From Tidjanibacter sp. (GTDB lineage: Bacteria > Bacteroidota > Bacteroidia > Bacteroidales > Rikenellaceae): a stretch of DNA of 64,000 nucleotides. A program made the position numbers and the translations under genes. Each line of letters opens with the position of its first letter. Position 1 is the stretch's first letter. Under the pieces are notes generated by a model, which saw only the letters and a program-made list of their open reading frames with translations, did no database searches and was not told where the DNA came from. This document shows positions 1 to 9,085 of the stretch, in pieces. The stretch is from assembly GCA_017390585.1 (NCBI GenBank), contig JAFPBB010000042.1, positions 5,923-69,922 on the forward strand, read 5' to 3'.

Positions 1-1
1 G

Positions 2-976
2 AGGGTGGAGAAGAAGGGTGACGTGCTTGCGCGTTTGGAACGATTCCTCAATACCAAAGAGCACAAAGCAGAGAAGCGCCTCTCGCCGTCGGCGCTGAAC
101 AACTATCTCATCTGCTCGTTGCGATTCTATTTTCAGGCCATCGCCGGCATCCGCACGGAGAAGGAGATTGAGGAGGGGGTGGATAGTGCGCTCTTTGGCA
201 CCATCTTCCACAGAGCAATGGAGTTGCTCTACACCCCTTTGGTGGAGCACCCCCAACCGCCACAGCCCTACCTCGCTGCGCTCACTCCCGAGGAGGTCCA
301 CGCGGCAGTTGTAGCAGCAATCTCGGATAGCTACTTTGGTGGCGAGAGTGTCTCGGAGGAGGAGTATGGTGGTAATTTGCTTGTTGTGAGGGATACGGTG
401 GAGAAGTATATCCTCACCTGCCTGATTCCATTCGATTCCTCGCCTGAGAGAGGCGACTATCGAGTCTATAAGCTTGAGCACGATATGGAGAGCGACTTCC
501 ATTTCTCTGAGGATGAGAGCGTTACTTTCTACGGGCTCTCGGACCGCATAGACCGATTGCCCGACGGCAGATTGCGAATCGTAGACTACAAGACGGGTAG
601 CATCCATCGTAGCTTTGCGGGCATTGCGGGATTGATGAAGGAGATTCCCAAGAAACAGAATGGCGCCGTGCTGCAGACCCTCATCTATGCGATGATGGCG
701 GAGCGAATGCAACAGCGAGGCGAATTGGAGGGGTGTGGCGCCATACCTTCTCTCTACTTTGTCCGTTATATGCACGACCCGGAGTACTCATTCCTGCTCA
801 ACGACGAGTCGCTGAAGGTGCCCGTAAATAACTATGCCGACTACCGCGAGGCATTCGAATCGCAACTCGCTGCAACCCTCGCGGAGTTGTTCAATCCCGA
901 GGTGCCGTTTGTCTCGACCGAGAACGAGAAAAACTGTGAGTACTGCGACTTTGCCAAAATCTGTCAGAAAGGATAG
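2..976 (+). CDS. PD-(D/E)XK nuclease family protein, AddB-like C-terminal nuclease domain (5'-truncated by the window edge)
   Basis: LSPSALNNYLIC, GTIFH, DRIDR...IVDYKTG nuclease motif and C-terminal CEYCDFAKIC (Fe-S type Cys set); frame is open to the window start. Confidence 0.8.
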   Translation, partial: RVEKKGDVLARLERFLNTKEHKAEKRLSPSALNNYLICSLRFYFQAIAGIRTEKEIEEGVDSALFGTIFHRAMELLYTPLVEHPQPPQPYLAALTPEEVHAAVVAAISDSYFGGESVSEEEYGGNLLVVRDTVEKYILTCLIPFDSSPERGDYRVYKLEHDMESDFHFSEDESVTFYGLSDRIDRLPDGRLRIVDYKTGSIHRSFAGIAGLMKEIPKKQNGAVLQTLIYAMMAERMQQRGELEGCGAIPSLYFVRYMHDPEYSFLLNDESLKVPVNNYADYREAFESQLAATLAELFNPEVPFVSTENEKNCEYCDFAKICQKG

Positions 977-1006
977 GTGGCCGCAGAGGATAATGGGGAG
1001 AAAATT

Positions 1007-1049
1007 TTCGGCCTCCGAGGTTTGTAGAGTGCAAATCTCGGAGGCCGAA
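1007..1049. terminator. Hairpin between convergent genes, probable terminator
   Basis: TTCGGCCTCCGAGGTTTGTA-gag-TGCAAATCTCGGAGGCCGAA, about 20 bp stem. Confidence 0.7.
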
Positions 1050-1090
1050 TGTTGTTAAGTGGGTGCCGTTGGCACCATCGGATGTGAGTC

Positions 1091-2596
1091 CTATCCTACG
1101 TTGATGAACTTGTCAACCAATGCCTTGATGAGCTCGGGATTGCCATTGAGCTCCTCGCGGAGGTTGCGGTCGTTGTGGGCGCGAAGCATCTTTATCCAAC
1201 CATCGATGAGGCTGCTGCCAAAGACACCTTTCGACTCGAAAATCTCGCGTTTGGCCTCGAGTGCATCTGCCGAAATGGCGCACGAGTCGGGCAGGTGGTC
1301 GAGTCGCTCGGCGATGGCCTTGTGCTCCTCGTGGAAGATGTTGACTCCCACATACCTATCCTCGGCGTAGGCTACGGGATTCTCCATTTCGAATCCGTGG
1401 CGCGCGGCTGCAACCAAGCCTGCGAGCAGCAGATAGACATCTGCCGAACCATCGGGGCAGCGGAACTCAACCGTCTGCTTGTCGCTTGCATCCTTCACCT
1501 CAAAGTTGTCGGCAGGGTTGGCATCCTTAATCATATCGGCAGCGCCCGCAGTCCAACCGAGTGGCACGCGCACAAGTACGGAGCGGTTCCTGTCACCCCA
1601 ACAAATGTTGGTGGGTGCCTCCTGATGGGGTACAAGTCGGAGGTAGGAGGTGGGGTTGGTGTTGCCAAAGGCGGTGAGGGCATCGGCCGAGTCGAGAATG
1701 CCGGCAATGACAGTTTTTGCCACATCGCTCAACTTGCCACCATCGAGGTACATATTCTTGCCATCTTTGACAACCTTGGTGTGGATGTGCATACCGCTAC
1801 CGGCTTTGCCCACGGTGATTTTGGGTGCAAAGGTGAGCAACACCCCATATTGGTAGGAGAGCTCGCGGAGAATCCACTTGGCAATGAGGAGCTGGTCGGC
1901 AGCCTCCTCAACGTCCACGGGGAGGAACTCAATCTCATTCTGCTCATACATCAAGCCGTCAACGGCAAAATTGCCCACCTCGCTGTGGCCATATTTGATC
2001 TTACAGCCTGCACGAGCCATTGCCAACATAGCCTCGCGGCGCATATCGCCCCATTTGCAGAAAGGACCACTCTCGTGGTAGCCACGTTGGTCGGGGGTGA
2101 CATAGAGCTCTTCGGCCTCGCTCACAACATAGTACTCCAACTCGCCCATAGCGTGGAACTCCATACCGGTGAGTTGCTTGAACTCGTTGTGGGCACGGTG
2201 GAGTGCCTGATCGGGAGCCGATGCGAAGGGTTTGCCATCTTTGTCGTAGTAGCCACAAAGTATGTCGAGCGTGGGAATCTCGGAGAAGGGGTTGAGGAAG
2301 GCGGTGCGGTAGCGGGGGATGACGTAGAGGTCGCTGGCACCTGCCTGCACGAAGTTGGGGAAGAGACTCGAGCCATCGACACGCTCGCCGTAGGTGAGTA
2401 TGGTGTCGAGATAGTTGATGTCATTAACTATGAAATTGAGCGATTTGAGGCGGCCATCAGCTGCAGCGTAGCGGAAATTGACCATCTCGATGTCGTTGTC
2501 GACAATGTAGCGGATGATGTCGGCTTTGGTGAAATCCTTGGGTTCCTTTTGCAGGAAACGCACAAGGGGATTGGGGTGGATTGTGTAGTTGTCCAT
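1091..2596 (-). CDS. glnA: Glutamine synthetase type I
   Basis: VDGSS, GELEYY, HSEVG, GSGMHIH, SYLRLVPHQEAP, NRSVLVRVP and EFRCPD motifs. Confidence 0.93.
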   Translation of the reverse strand: MDNYTIHPNPLVRFLQKEPKDFTKADIIRYIVDNDIEMVNFRYAAADGRLKSLNFIVNDINYLDTILTYGERVDGSSLFPNFVQAGASDLYVIPRYRTAFLNPFSEIPTLDILCGYYDKDGKPFASAPDQALHRAHNEFKQLTGMEFHAMGELEYYVVSEAEELYVTPDQRGYHESGPFCKWGDMRREAMLAMARAGCKIKYGHSEVGNFAVDGLMYEQNEIEFLPVDVEEAADQLLIAKWILRELSYQYGVLLTFAPKITVGKAGSGMHIHTKVVKDGKNMYLDGGKLSDVAKTVIAGILDSADALTAFGNTNPTSYLRLVPHQEAPTNICWGDRNRSVLVRVPLGWTAGAADMIKDANPADNFEVKDASDKQTVEFRCPDGSADVYLLLAGLVAAARHGFEMENPVAYAEDRYVGVNIFHEEHKAIAERLDHLPDSCAISADALEAKREIFESKGVFGSSLIDGWIKMLRAHNDRNLREELNGNPELIKALVDKFINVG

Positions 2597-2724
2597 AGTT
2601 AGAGATATTATAGGTTTTTCGAAAGTTCACTCCTATGAGCCTAACAAAGTTAGGGATATTTTTTCTGAATTGAAACATCTATCCCCAAAAATATGCAATC
2701 ACATCCTCTGAATATGCAACCGTG

Positions 2725-4101
2725 CTACGATATCAGACGTTTTATGAGTCCAAAGAGTTTGTAGGGCATATAGCGCAGCGGGAGGTCCCACTTGCGTGGC
2801 GAGATGAGAATGGTACGCAGGTGGGAGAAGGCGAGGAAACTCTCCTTGCCGTGGTAGCGTCCCATACCCGAGTTACCCACGCCACCAAAGGGGGTGTGCT
2901 CGTTGGCAATGTGCATAATGGTGTCGTTGATGCAGGCTCCACCTGATATGTTGCGCTTCAGCAATGCTCTGCCATTCGACTCTGCACCAAAGTAGTAGAG
3001 TGCCAGAGGACGAGGACGCTCGGCAATGACAGCCTCTGCGTCGGCAAGGTTGTCGAAGGTGATGAGCGGTAGGATGGGGCCGAAAATCTCCTCCTGCATC
3101 ACGTTGGCCTGGAGATTGTCAACCTCCAGCAGGGTGGGCTCAATGTAGCGCTGGGATGGGTCGAGATGCCCTCCTGCGAGCACTTTGCCCTCTGCGAGGT
3201 AGCCTGCAACGCGCTCAAAGGCCTTGGTGCTTACCATTCGGCAATAGTAGTCGCTTTGGGCCGCATCCTCACCAAGAAGTGAACTCACTGCACGCCTGAA
3301 TTCATCCACAAACTCTTGCTTGAGAGAGCTGTGGATGAGTAGATAGTCGGGTGCAATGCAGGTCTGACCCGCATTGATGCACTTGCCCCACGCAATGCGC
3401 TTGGCCGCAACAGCCACGTTGGCACCGAGGTCGACAATGCAGGGACTCTTGCCTCCGAGTTCCAACACTACGGGGGTGAGATTCTTTGCCGCGGCCTCCA
3501 TAACGGTGCGTCCGAGAGAGGGGGAGCCGGTGAAGAATATGAGGTCGAAGTGTTGCTCCAACAGGGCGGTGTTCATATCGCGGTGGCCATTGAAGAGTGT
3601 GATGTACTCCTCGGGGAATGTACACCCAATCATCTGCACCAACACTTGCGCCACGTTGGGTACGGCAGGCGAGGTTTTCAGAATGGCTGTGCAGCCTGCC
3701 GAGATGGCACCCACGAGGGGGTTGAGTAGGAGTTGTACGGGGTAGTTCCAAGGGGCAATGATGAGAGCCACCCCCAGCGGCTCAACCATCACACGGCTGT
3801 GCGATGGGAATAGTTTTAGTGGCGTGCGAGGTTTCTGCACCTTCATCCAACGGCGGAGGTGGCGAATGTGGTTGTCGATTTCTCCTCGAACGATGCTTAT
3901 CTCCGTGAGCCACGCCTCTTCGTAGGATTTGTGGAGGTCTTGCTTGAGGGCGTCGCACAGAGGTTTCTCCCAATCGTCGAGCGCCTCGCGCAGTTTGCGG
4001 AGCATTGCGAGTCTGAACTTGTAGCTGCGAGTGCCGCCCGAGTGGAAGAAGGCACGCTGGGCCTCCACCTTTGCACCGATAAATTCCGAGAGTTGATTCA
4101 T
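2725..4101 (-). CDS. Aldehyde dehydrogenase (ALDH3-like)
   Basis: PWNYP, FTGS, LELGGKSP, GQTCIAPDY, EEIFGP motifs. Confidence 0.92.
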   Translation of the reverse strand: MNQLSEFIGAKVEAQRAFFHSGGTRSYKFRLAMLRKLREALDDWEKPLCDALKQDLHKSYEEAWLTEISIVRGEIDNHIRHLRRWMKVQKPRTPLKLFPSHSRVMVEPLGVALIIAPWNYPVQLLLNPLVGAISAGCTAILKTSPAVPNVAQVLVQMIGCTFPEEYITLFNGHRDMNTALLEQHFDLIFFTGSPSLGRTVMEAAAKNLTPVVLELGGKSPCIVDLGANVAVAAKRIAWGKCINAGQTCIAPDYLLIHSSLKQEFVDEFRRAVSSLLGEDAAQSDYYCRMVSTKAFERVAGYLAEGKVLAGGHLDPSQRYIEPTLLEVDNLQANVMQEEIFGPILPLITFDNLADAEAVIAERPRPLALYYFGAESNGRALLKRNISGGACINDTIMHIANEHTPFGGVGNSGMGRYHGKESFLAFSHLRTILISPRKWDLPLRYMPYKLFGLIKRLIS

Positions 4102-4248
4102 TGCCTGTAGTGTGAGTTTATTACTTGGCCAAAGATAGTGCCAAAAATCGAGCCTCGCAACCCTCGGAGGCGATAAATATGTGCAGAAGGGGGTGCAAGT
4201 TCAAATAATATTTGTATATTTGCGGCCGAAATTAAAACGTTCTACACT

Positions 4249-5193
4249 ATGTTCAGCAGAAGATTTTTGAGAATCAAGGTCGTTAAAGCAATCTATTCGC
4301 ACCTGACCGGTGCCTATGACTCCATCAATGCCGAGGAGAAAAACCTGATCGCCGCTATCAACAAGGCCTACGACCTCTATCCCCACATCCTCTCGCTGAT
4401 TGTGGACGTTAAACGCTACGCCGAGGAGCGCATCGAAATAGGTCTCCGCAAACACCTCCCCACTCAGGAGGAGCTTAATCCCAATCGTAAATTCGTTGAA
4501 AACAAGGTTGTCGCCCAGATTGAGAATGACGACAATCTCGACCTTATGCTCGTGGAGAAGAAACTCGGCTGGGGCTCCAATCCCGAGCTTGTGAAGCACA
4601 TCTACAACAAAATGGTCGCCTCGGAGTACTATGCGACCTATATGGCCTCCGAGCAGAGAAGCTATGCCGAGGATAGGAAGTTTGTGGAGGAGTTCTATCT
4701 CCAGACCGTGCAGGACGACGCAATGCTCTGTGAGATTCTGGAGGATAGCACCATTATGTGGAGCGACGATATCGACTTCATTCTGATTATGGTACTCCGC
4801 ACCATCAGTAGCTGTAAGGCAACCCAGGAGGCTCTCCCCTTGCTGCCAAAATATAAGAGTGACGACGACGAGACCTTCGTGAAACGACTCTTTGCTCGCG
4901 CCGCAGTGAGCTACGATGAGCATCTGAAGATTGTTGAGCAGTACACTAAAAATTGGGAGGTGGAGCGTATCGCGCTGATGGATAATATCATCCTCACTAC
5001 TGCAATTGCCGAGCTCGTGGGTTTCGACTCCATTCCCGTTAAGGTGACCCTTGATGAGTATATCGAGATTGCCAAGTATTACAGCACTCTCGGTAGCAGT
5101 ACTTTCATCAACGGTATCCTCGATAAGATTACTACCGACTTCACTGCCGAGGGTCGCATTGTTAAGCAGGGCCGCGGACTTGTGGAGTTCTAA
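4249..5193 (+). CDS. nusB: Transcription antitermination factor NusB (long Bacteroidetes form)
   Basis: C-terminal IPVKVTLDEYIEIAKYYST...FINGILD; upstream TATATTTG promoter element at 4215-4222. Confidence 0.9.
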   Translation: MFSRRFLRIKVVKAIYSHLTGAYDSINAEEKNLIAAINKAYDLYPHILSLIVDVKRYAEERIEIGLRKHLPTQEELNPNRKFVENKVVAQIENDDNLDLMLVEKKLGWGSNPELVKHIYNKMVASEYYATYMASEQRSYAEDRKFVEEFYLQTVQDDAMLCEILEDSTIMWSDDIDFILIMVLRTISSCKATQEALPLLPKYKSDDDETFVKRLFARAAVSYDEHLKIVEQYTKNWEVERIALMDNIILTTAIAELVGFDSIPVKVTLDEYIEIAKYYSTLGSSTFINGILDKITTDFTAEGRIVKQGRGLVEF

Positions 5194-5202
5194 ATTTGGC
5201 AG

Positions 5203-5652
5203 ATGACTTGCACTCACAAATATAAAGTACTACGCAGATGCTACCCCGTATTGGTGGTGGCATTTGCTGTTATTTTGATGGGATGTGGCGGACGTCCGAG
5301 TCGTAAGGCCCAGGGTGTGTCGCCCGACCTTCTTCAAGCCATTTCGCTCACCGACTCCCTGAGAGTCGACACAATAGATTTTGGCAAGGTGCGTGCAGGC
5401 GAGGTTGTGGAGCGCTCATTTGCTTTGGTAAACGAGGGTGAAGCCCCCGTGGTGGTTGTTACGACCGACACCTCTTGCGGCTGCCTCGAGTTGGACTACT
5501 CCAAGGAGCCTATTCGTTCGGGCAATAAAAGTGTTGCAAGGCTCACATTCTATTCGTCGGGATATACTTATTTTGTCCCACGCGCGTTCTATATTATCTC
5601 CACTGCCTCTGTTGCTCCCAAGAAGTTGGTGGTGGTGGCAGAGATGGAGTAG
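5203..5652 (+). CDS. DUF1573-like Ig-fold lipoprotein
   Basis: Lipobox-like ILMGC, IDFGKV, TSCGC; typical position between nusB and yajC. Confidence 0.75.
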   Translation: MTCTHKYKVLRRCYPVLVVAFAVILMGCGGRPSRKAQGVSPDLLQAISLTDSLRVDTIDFGKVRAGEVVERSFALVNEGEAPVVVVTTDTSCGCLELDYSKEPIRSGNKSVARLTFYSSGYTYFVPRAFYIISTASVAPKKLVVVAEME

Positions 5653-5665
5653 GGGAAATGGATGT

Positions 5666-5696
5666 ATTGCAAAACCACAAAAAAGCACTACCTTTG
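5666..5696 (+). promoter_or_regulatory. Bacteroidetes housekeeping promoter for yajC
   Basis: ATTG (5666-5669), 19 nt spacer, TACCTTTG (5689-5696). Confidence 0.55.
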
Positions 5697-5748
5697 TTGC
5701 CCCTCAAGCGAAACAACAACTTATAACAAATAAACAAACTCATTTACT

Positions 5749-6063
5749 ATGAATTTTATGACCATTATGTTGCAGGCACAGGCTGCTGCAACTCCTCAGC
5801 AGGGTTCTATGTGGAGCTCGCTCCTGATGATTGTGATGCTCTTCGTTGTGATGTACTTCTTTATGATTCGTCCCCAGCGCAAGCAGCAGAAAGAGCTCGA
5901 TAACTTCCGCAATACCTTGGCAAAAGGTCAGAAGGTGGTTACTGCCGGTGGCATCTACGGTGTTGTTAAGGAGATCAACGAGCGCGACATTCTTATGGAG
6001 GTGGATGGCAACGTTACCCTCCGCGTGGATAAGAGCGCTATTATGCGCGATCCCCGCCAGTAG
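5749..6063 (+). CDS. yajC: Preprotein translocase subunit YajC
   Basis: TM helix ending YFFMIRPQ; KGQKVVTAGGIYG. Confidence 0.93.
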   Translation: MNFMTIMLQAQAAATPQQGSMWSSLLMIVMLFVVMYFFMIRPQRKQQKELDNFRNTLAKGQKVVTAGGIYGVVKEINERDILMEVDGNVTLRVDKSAIMRDPRQ

Positions 6064-6103
6064 GGTAGATTTGTGGGTGGTTGTTTTCACCCCATACACC
6101 AAT

Positions 6104-6150
6104 AGCGGACTCCCCACCTACGCATTTGTAGGTTGCGGAGTCCGCTTTTT
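6104..6150 (+). terminator. Intrinsic terminator after yajC
   Basis: AGCGGACTCC..ACCTAC-loop-GTAGGT..GGAGTCCGCT followed by a T run. Confidence 0.75.
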
Positions 6151-6192
6151 GTATCCCGTTCCACGCTGTGTGAGTTGGGAGCCGATAAAAAT

Positions 6193-6230
6193 GGTCGGGC
6201 ACCGAGAGTAGTTTACCTCGATGCCCGACC
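6193..6230 (-). terminator. Hairpin downstream of the DUF2147 gene
   Basis: GGTCGGGCA...TGCCCGACC stem with an A run on its left side (U-tract on the minus strand). Confidence 0.6.
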
Positions 6231-6269
6231 TTCGGTTATGAAGTGAGAGTGTTTGTCGATGTTGTGTGA

Positions 6270-6665
6270 CTACTGTTTGTCAACCCAAGTCTGGTTGCGT
6301 CCGAGGAGTCCTTTTTTGTCGAGAGAGCCGCGGAGCTTGAGAGCCTTCTCCTTGGCGTCGTACTTGATGGTGCAGTAGTAGAGCTTGCCCGACTCGGGGT
6401 CGAATACCTTACCGCCGGTGAGTTTGCCATCCTCATACTTCATTCCGCGAACAATCATTGTGCCTACGGCATCTTTGTTGGGGCCGAAGGTGTCTACGAG
6501 TTTGCCATAGTAGAGTCCGTCGTCGGCTTTGTAGATCTCCACGAGACCTGCGGGTTTGTCGGTTTTGTCGTCGATGGTGGTCCATTTACCCACGAATTGG
6601 CTCTGGGCCGAGAGTGCCATAATGCCGAGGAGCAAAGTGGCGAGTGTTGCGATGATTTTTTTCAT
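6270..6665 (-). CDS. DUF2147 family exported protein
   Basis: Signal peptide, GKWTTIDD, GKVFDPESGKLY, GRNQTW. Confidence 0.82.
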   Translation of the reverse strand: MKKIIATLATLLLGIMALSAQSQFVGKWTTIDDKTDKPAGLVEIYKADDGLYYGKLVDTFGPNKDAVGTMIVRGMKYEDGKLTGGKVFDPESGKLYYCTIKYDAKEKALKLRGSLDKKGLLGRNQTWVDKQ

Positions 6666-6836
6666 ATTCTTTTCTTTTTAGTGTGACTTCCGATTTGGTT
6701 TCATCATACGAATATAGCGCAAATCTCCTAATTGTGGCCTTGTTTGTTGTTGCTATATTGGCTATCTAAATACCAAAATGAAATGGTATATAGTTGGTTG
6801 TTAGGTCAATAGCGTCTTTGTGGCTACAATGCCCAA

Positions 6837-8123
6837 CTATTCCCATCCATCTTTCGATAAATCCGATGCGCGGACATAGGTATCTGCCGAGGGCATTTCG
6901 TAGACGGCCTTTCGGAGCATTGCCGATAGTTCTGCTACGGAGGCTTGAGATATGATGGATGCCGGGATGGTCTCCCCAATGACCACCTTGTGGGTGCCGC
7001 GCCCCTTATTGAGCACTTCACGGGGGAGCCGGAGTAGCCGTATGCGCCAATTAATAAGTCCCAAGGCATAGTAGAACAATGAGTTGCGGCCCTCGAAATG
7101 AATCGGTACAATGGGGACCGCTGCCCTCTGCACCAATCTGATGAGTCCCTCCTGCCACTCTCGATCCTCTATGCGCCATCCCTTGGGGTGTAGGTCGGAC
7201 ACAGCACCCGAGGGGAAAATGCCGAGCGGATGCCCTTGGTGCAGATGTTGGAGAGAGGTGCGTATGCCGGAGAGAGTGGTGGCGTCGGCACGTTGTTTTT
7301 GCGTCTCGGTGGGGGTGACTGTGATGAAGTTGCCACTCATAGGCTCCACGCGACCCAAAATCTTGTTGACCATAATCTTGAAATCGCTTCTCTTTGCTCC
7401 GAATAGCGAGAGCATAGCAACACCATCGACTCCCCCATACGGATGGTTGGCAACCACGATAAACGCACCCTCGGGGAGGTGGTCGAGACGTTCCGGGTTG
7501 CCAACGAGAAAATCGCATCCTATGGTGCGTAGCGCTTTGGTGGCAGCCTCAGGTCCGTTGGTGTCGTAGATGTGGTCGTAGAGTAGGTTTAGTCGGTCGA
7601 TGGCGCAGATGCGCATAAGCACCCGAGCTACCGACCTTCCCACGTTGCCCCGAAAGAGAAACGACCACTTGGCAAGCTCCTCGGCCGAGAGAATTTCGTG
7701 TGTGGGGCGCGTGTGGGGTTGCCCAAAGACCACCCGCTCCGAGAGAAGGTAGTTGAGTCCACCCGAGATTGTGAGGGCTGCGAGGTTGCAGAGCACTACA
7801 TTCCAACCAAACATCCGCTCGAATAGCAACAGGAAGAGCATTTTGACTACGAATCCTGCAACAGCGGAGAGGTTGAAGGCGAAGAAGTGACGCCAAAAGG
7901 CACGAGTGGTTTTGTGGTGAATGCGAGCGGTCCATATCCAATAGTAGGAGCATAGGAAGTTGCTCATTACTGCCATCTCAAATGAGATGATGGGGGCAAC
8001 AATGTAGGTGGCCGAGTAGCCTCCATCGAGAATCGTGCGGGAAAGAATCCATAGAACCAAGGTGTCGACTACAGTGCCCAATAGCCTGCTAATCAGAAAT
8101 TTCAGATATTTACTAATTGTCAT
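6837..8123 (-). CDS. GtrA-like membrane domain fused to a PlsC-like (lysophospholipid) acyltransferase
   Basis: N-terminal about 135 aa with four hydrophobic helices; C-terminal NHPYGGVD (HxxxxD), IFPSG, VPIVPIHF. Confidence 0.72.
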   Translation of the reverse strand: MTISKYLKFLISRLLGTVVDTLVLWILSRTILDGGYSATYIVAPIISFEMAVMSNFLCSYYWIWTARIHHKTTRAFWRHFFAFNLSAVAGFVVKMLFLLLFERMFGWNVVLCNLAALTISGGLNYLLSERVVFGQPHTRPTHEILSAEELAKWSFLFRGNVGRSVARVLMRICAIDRLNLLYDHIYDTNGPEAATKALRTIGCDFLVGNPERLDHLPEGAFIVVANHPYGGVDGVAMLSLFGAKRSDFKIMVNKILGRVEPMSGNFITVTPTETQKQRADATTLSGIRTSLQHLHQGHPLGIFPSGAVSDLHPKGWRIEDREWQEGLIRLVQRAAVPIVPIHFEGRNSLFYYALGLINWRIRLLRLPREVLNKGRGTHKVVIGETIPASIISQASVAELSAMLRKAVYEMPSADTYVRASDLSKDGWE

Positions 8124-8162
8124 TGGTTTCTCTCTTTTGGGAGTTTGGTGGCCGGAGGCGAC

Positions 8163-8900
8163 TTAGGCTTGCCGGCGTAGTTGTTTATTCTTGTTGGGGT
8201 GTTCGACCCTCTGGGAGATGTGTTTTCTTAGTGGGTCGAGACGCGAGAGCGTGCGTCGGTCTTTGAGCCATTGGGTGAGCCAAAGAATGGCGAGTATGGA
8301 GACGATTGCGAGCGCAATAAGGTCGAAGAGTGAGAATGCTGCACCTCCAATGGTGTAGCTGAGTTGGTGCCAGGGGGTGTAGATGAATAGTGTGTTGGTA
8401 ACGATGACTATGAGTCGGAACTCCGTGGGGCCGAGTTTGCCGTAGGTGAGCCTCATTTGTGAGGTGACAATGGTGCATACATAGGTGTAGACCGAAAGAA
8501 TGAGGTAGGCCACCAACACCAAGAGCGCCACGTCGAGTCGCAGCAGTGGCGAGAGACCTGCTCCCACGCACATCATTGTGATGGTGATGGCGTCGATGGT
8601 GTGGTCTATGAAAAAGCCATACTTGGGTCGCTGGGTCTTGCGAACTCGTGCGAGGGTGCCGTCGAGAGAGTCACCATACCAATTAATAACGAGTCCCGCT
8701 GAAGAGAGCCATAGAAAGTGGATGTCGATGGAGGAGAGTGCAAATCCGAGTCCGCAGAGAAATGCGCCAAAGACGCCGATGTAGGTCAAGAGATCGGATG
8801 TTACCCAATGTGGCTGACGTTGAGCCAACCACACAAGTGCTCGTTTTTCCACCCCATTGAGGATGGAAGTCTGTATGCGAGTTGCATTGGCAGTTTCCAT
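8163..8900 (-). CDS. CDP-alcohol phosphatidyltransferase family protein (start placed at ATG 8900)
   Basis: DSLDGTLARVRK...G FFIDHTID matches the DxxDGxxAR...GxxxDxxxD signature. Confidence 0.88.
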   Translation of the reverse strand: METANATRIQTSILNGVEKRALVWLAQRQPHWVTSDLLTYIGVFGAFLCGLGFALSSIDIHFLWLSSAGLVINWYGDSLDGTLARVRKTQRPKYGFFIDHTIDAITITMMCVGAGLSPLLRLDVALLVLVAYLILSVYTYVCTIVTSQMRLTYGKLGPTEFRLIVIVTNTLFIYTPWHQLSYTIGGAAFSLFDLIALAIVSILAILWLTQWLKDRRTLSRLDPLRKHISQRVEHPNKNKQLRRQA

Positions 8901-9085
8901 AGAGAGTTGTTTTTCAGAGTGAGATTCTTGCTTGCGGCAACAACGTGAGTGTGCCTTATCTTCTCCATTAACAACCCTGCTTGGGGAAATATTTTGTAGG
9001 ACTTTGTGGATTGCGACCATTGGAACTCTTTGAGTGAGAAAGTGAATGTTTCCCACTCAGAGAGCAAAATCCGTGCCCGAATGAG

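Noticed and set aside
2-976. Cas4-like nuclease suggesting a CRISPR or defence locus
   Set aside because: The four-Cys PD-(D/E)XK fold is shared with AddB-type repair proteins. The ORF is the tail of a longer gene, and no cas genes or repeat-spacer array occur in the window.
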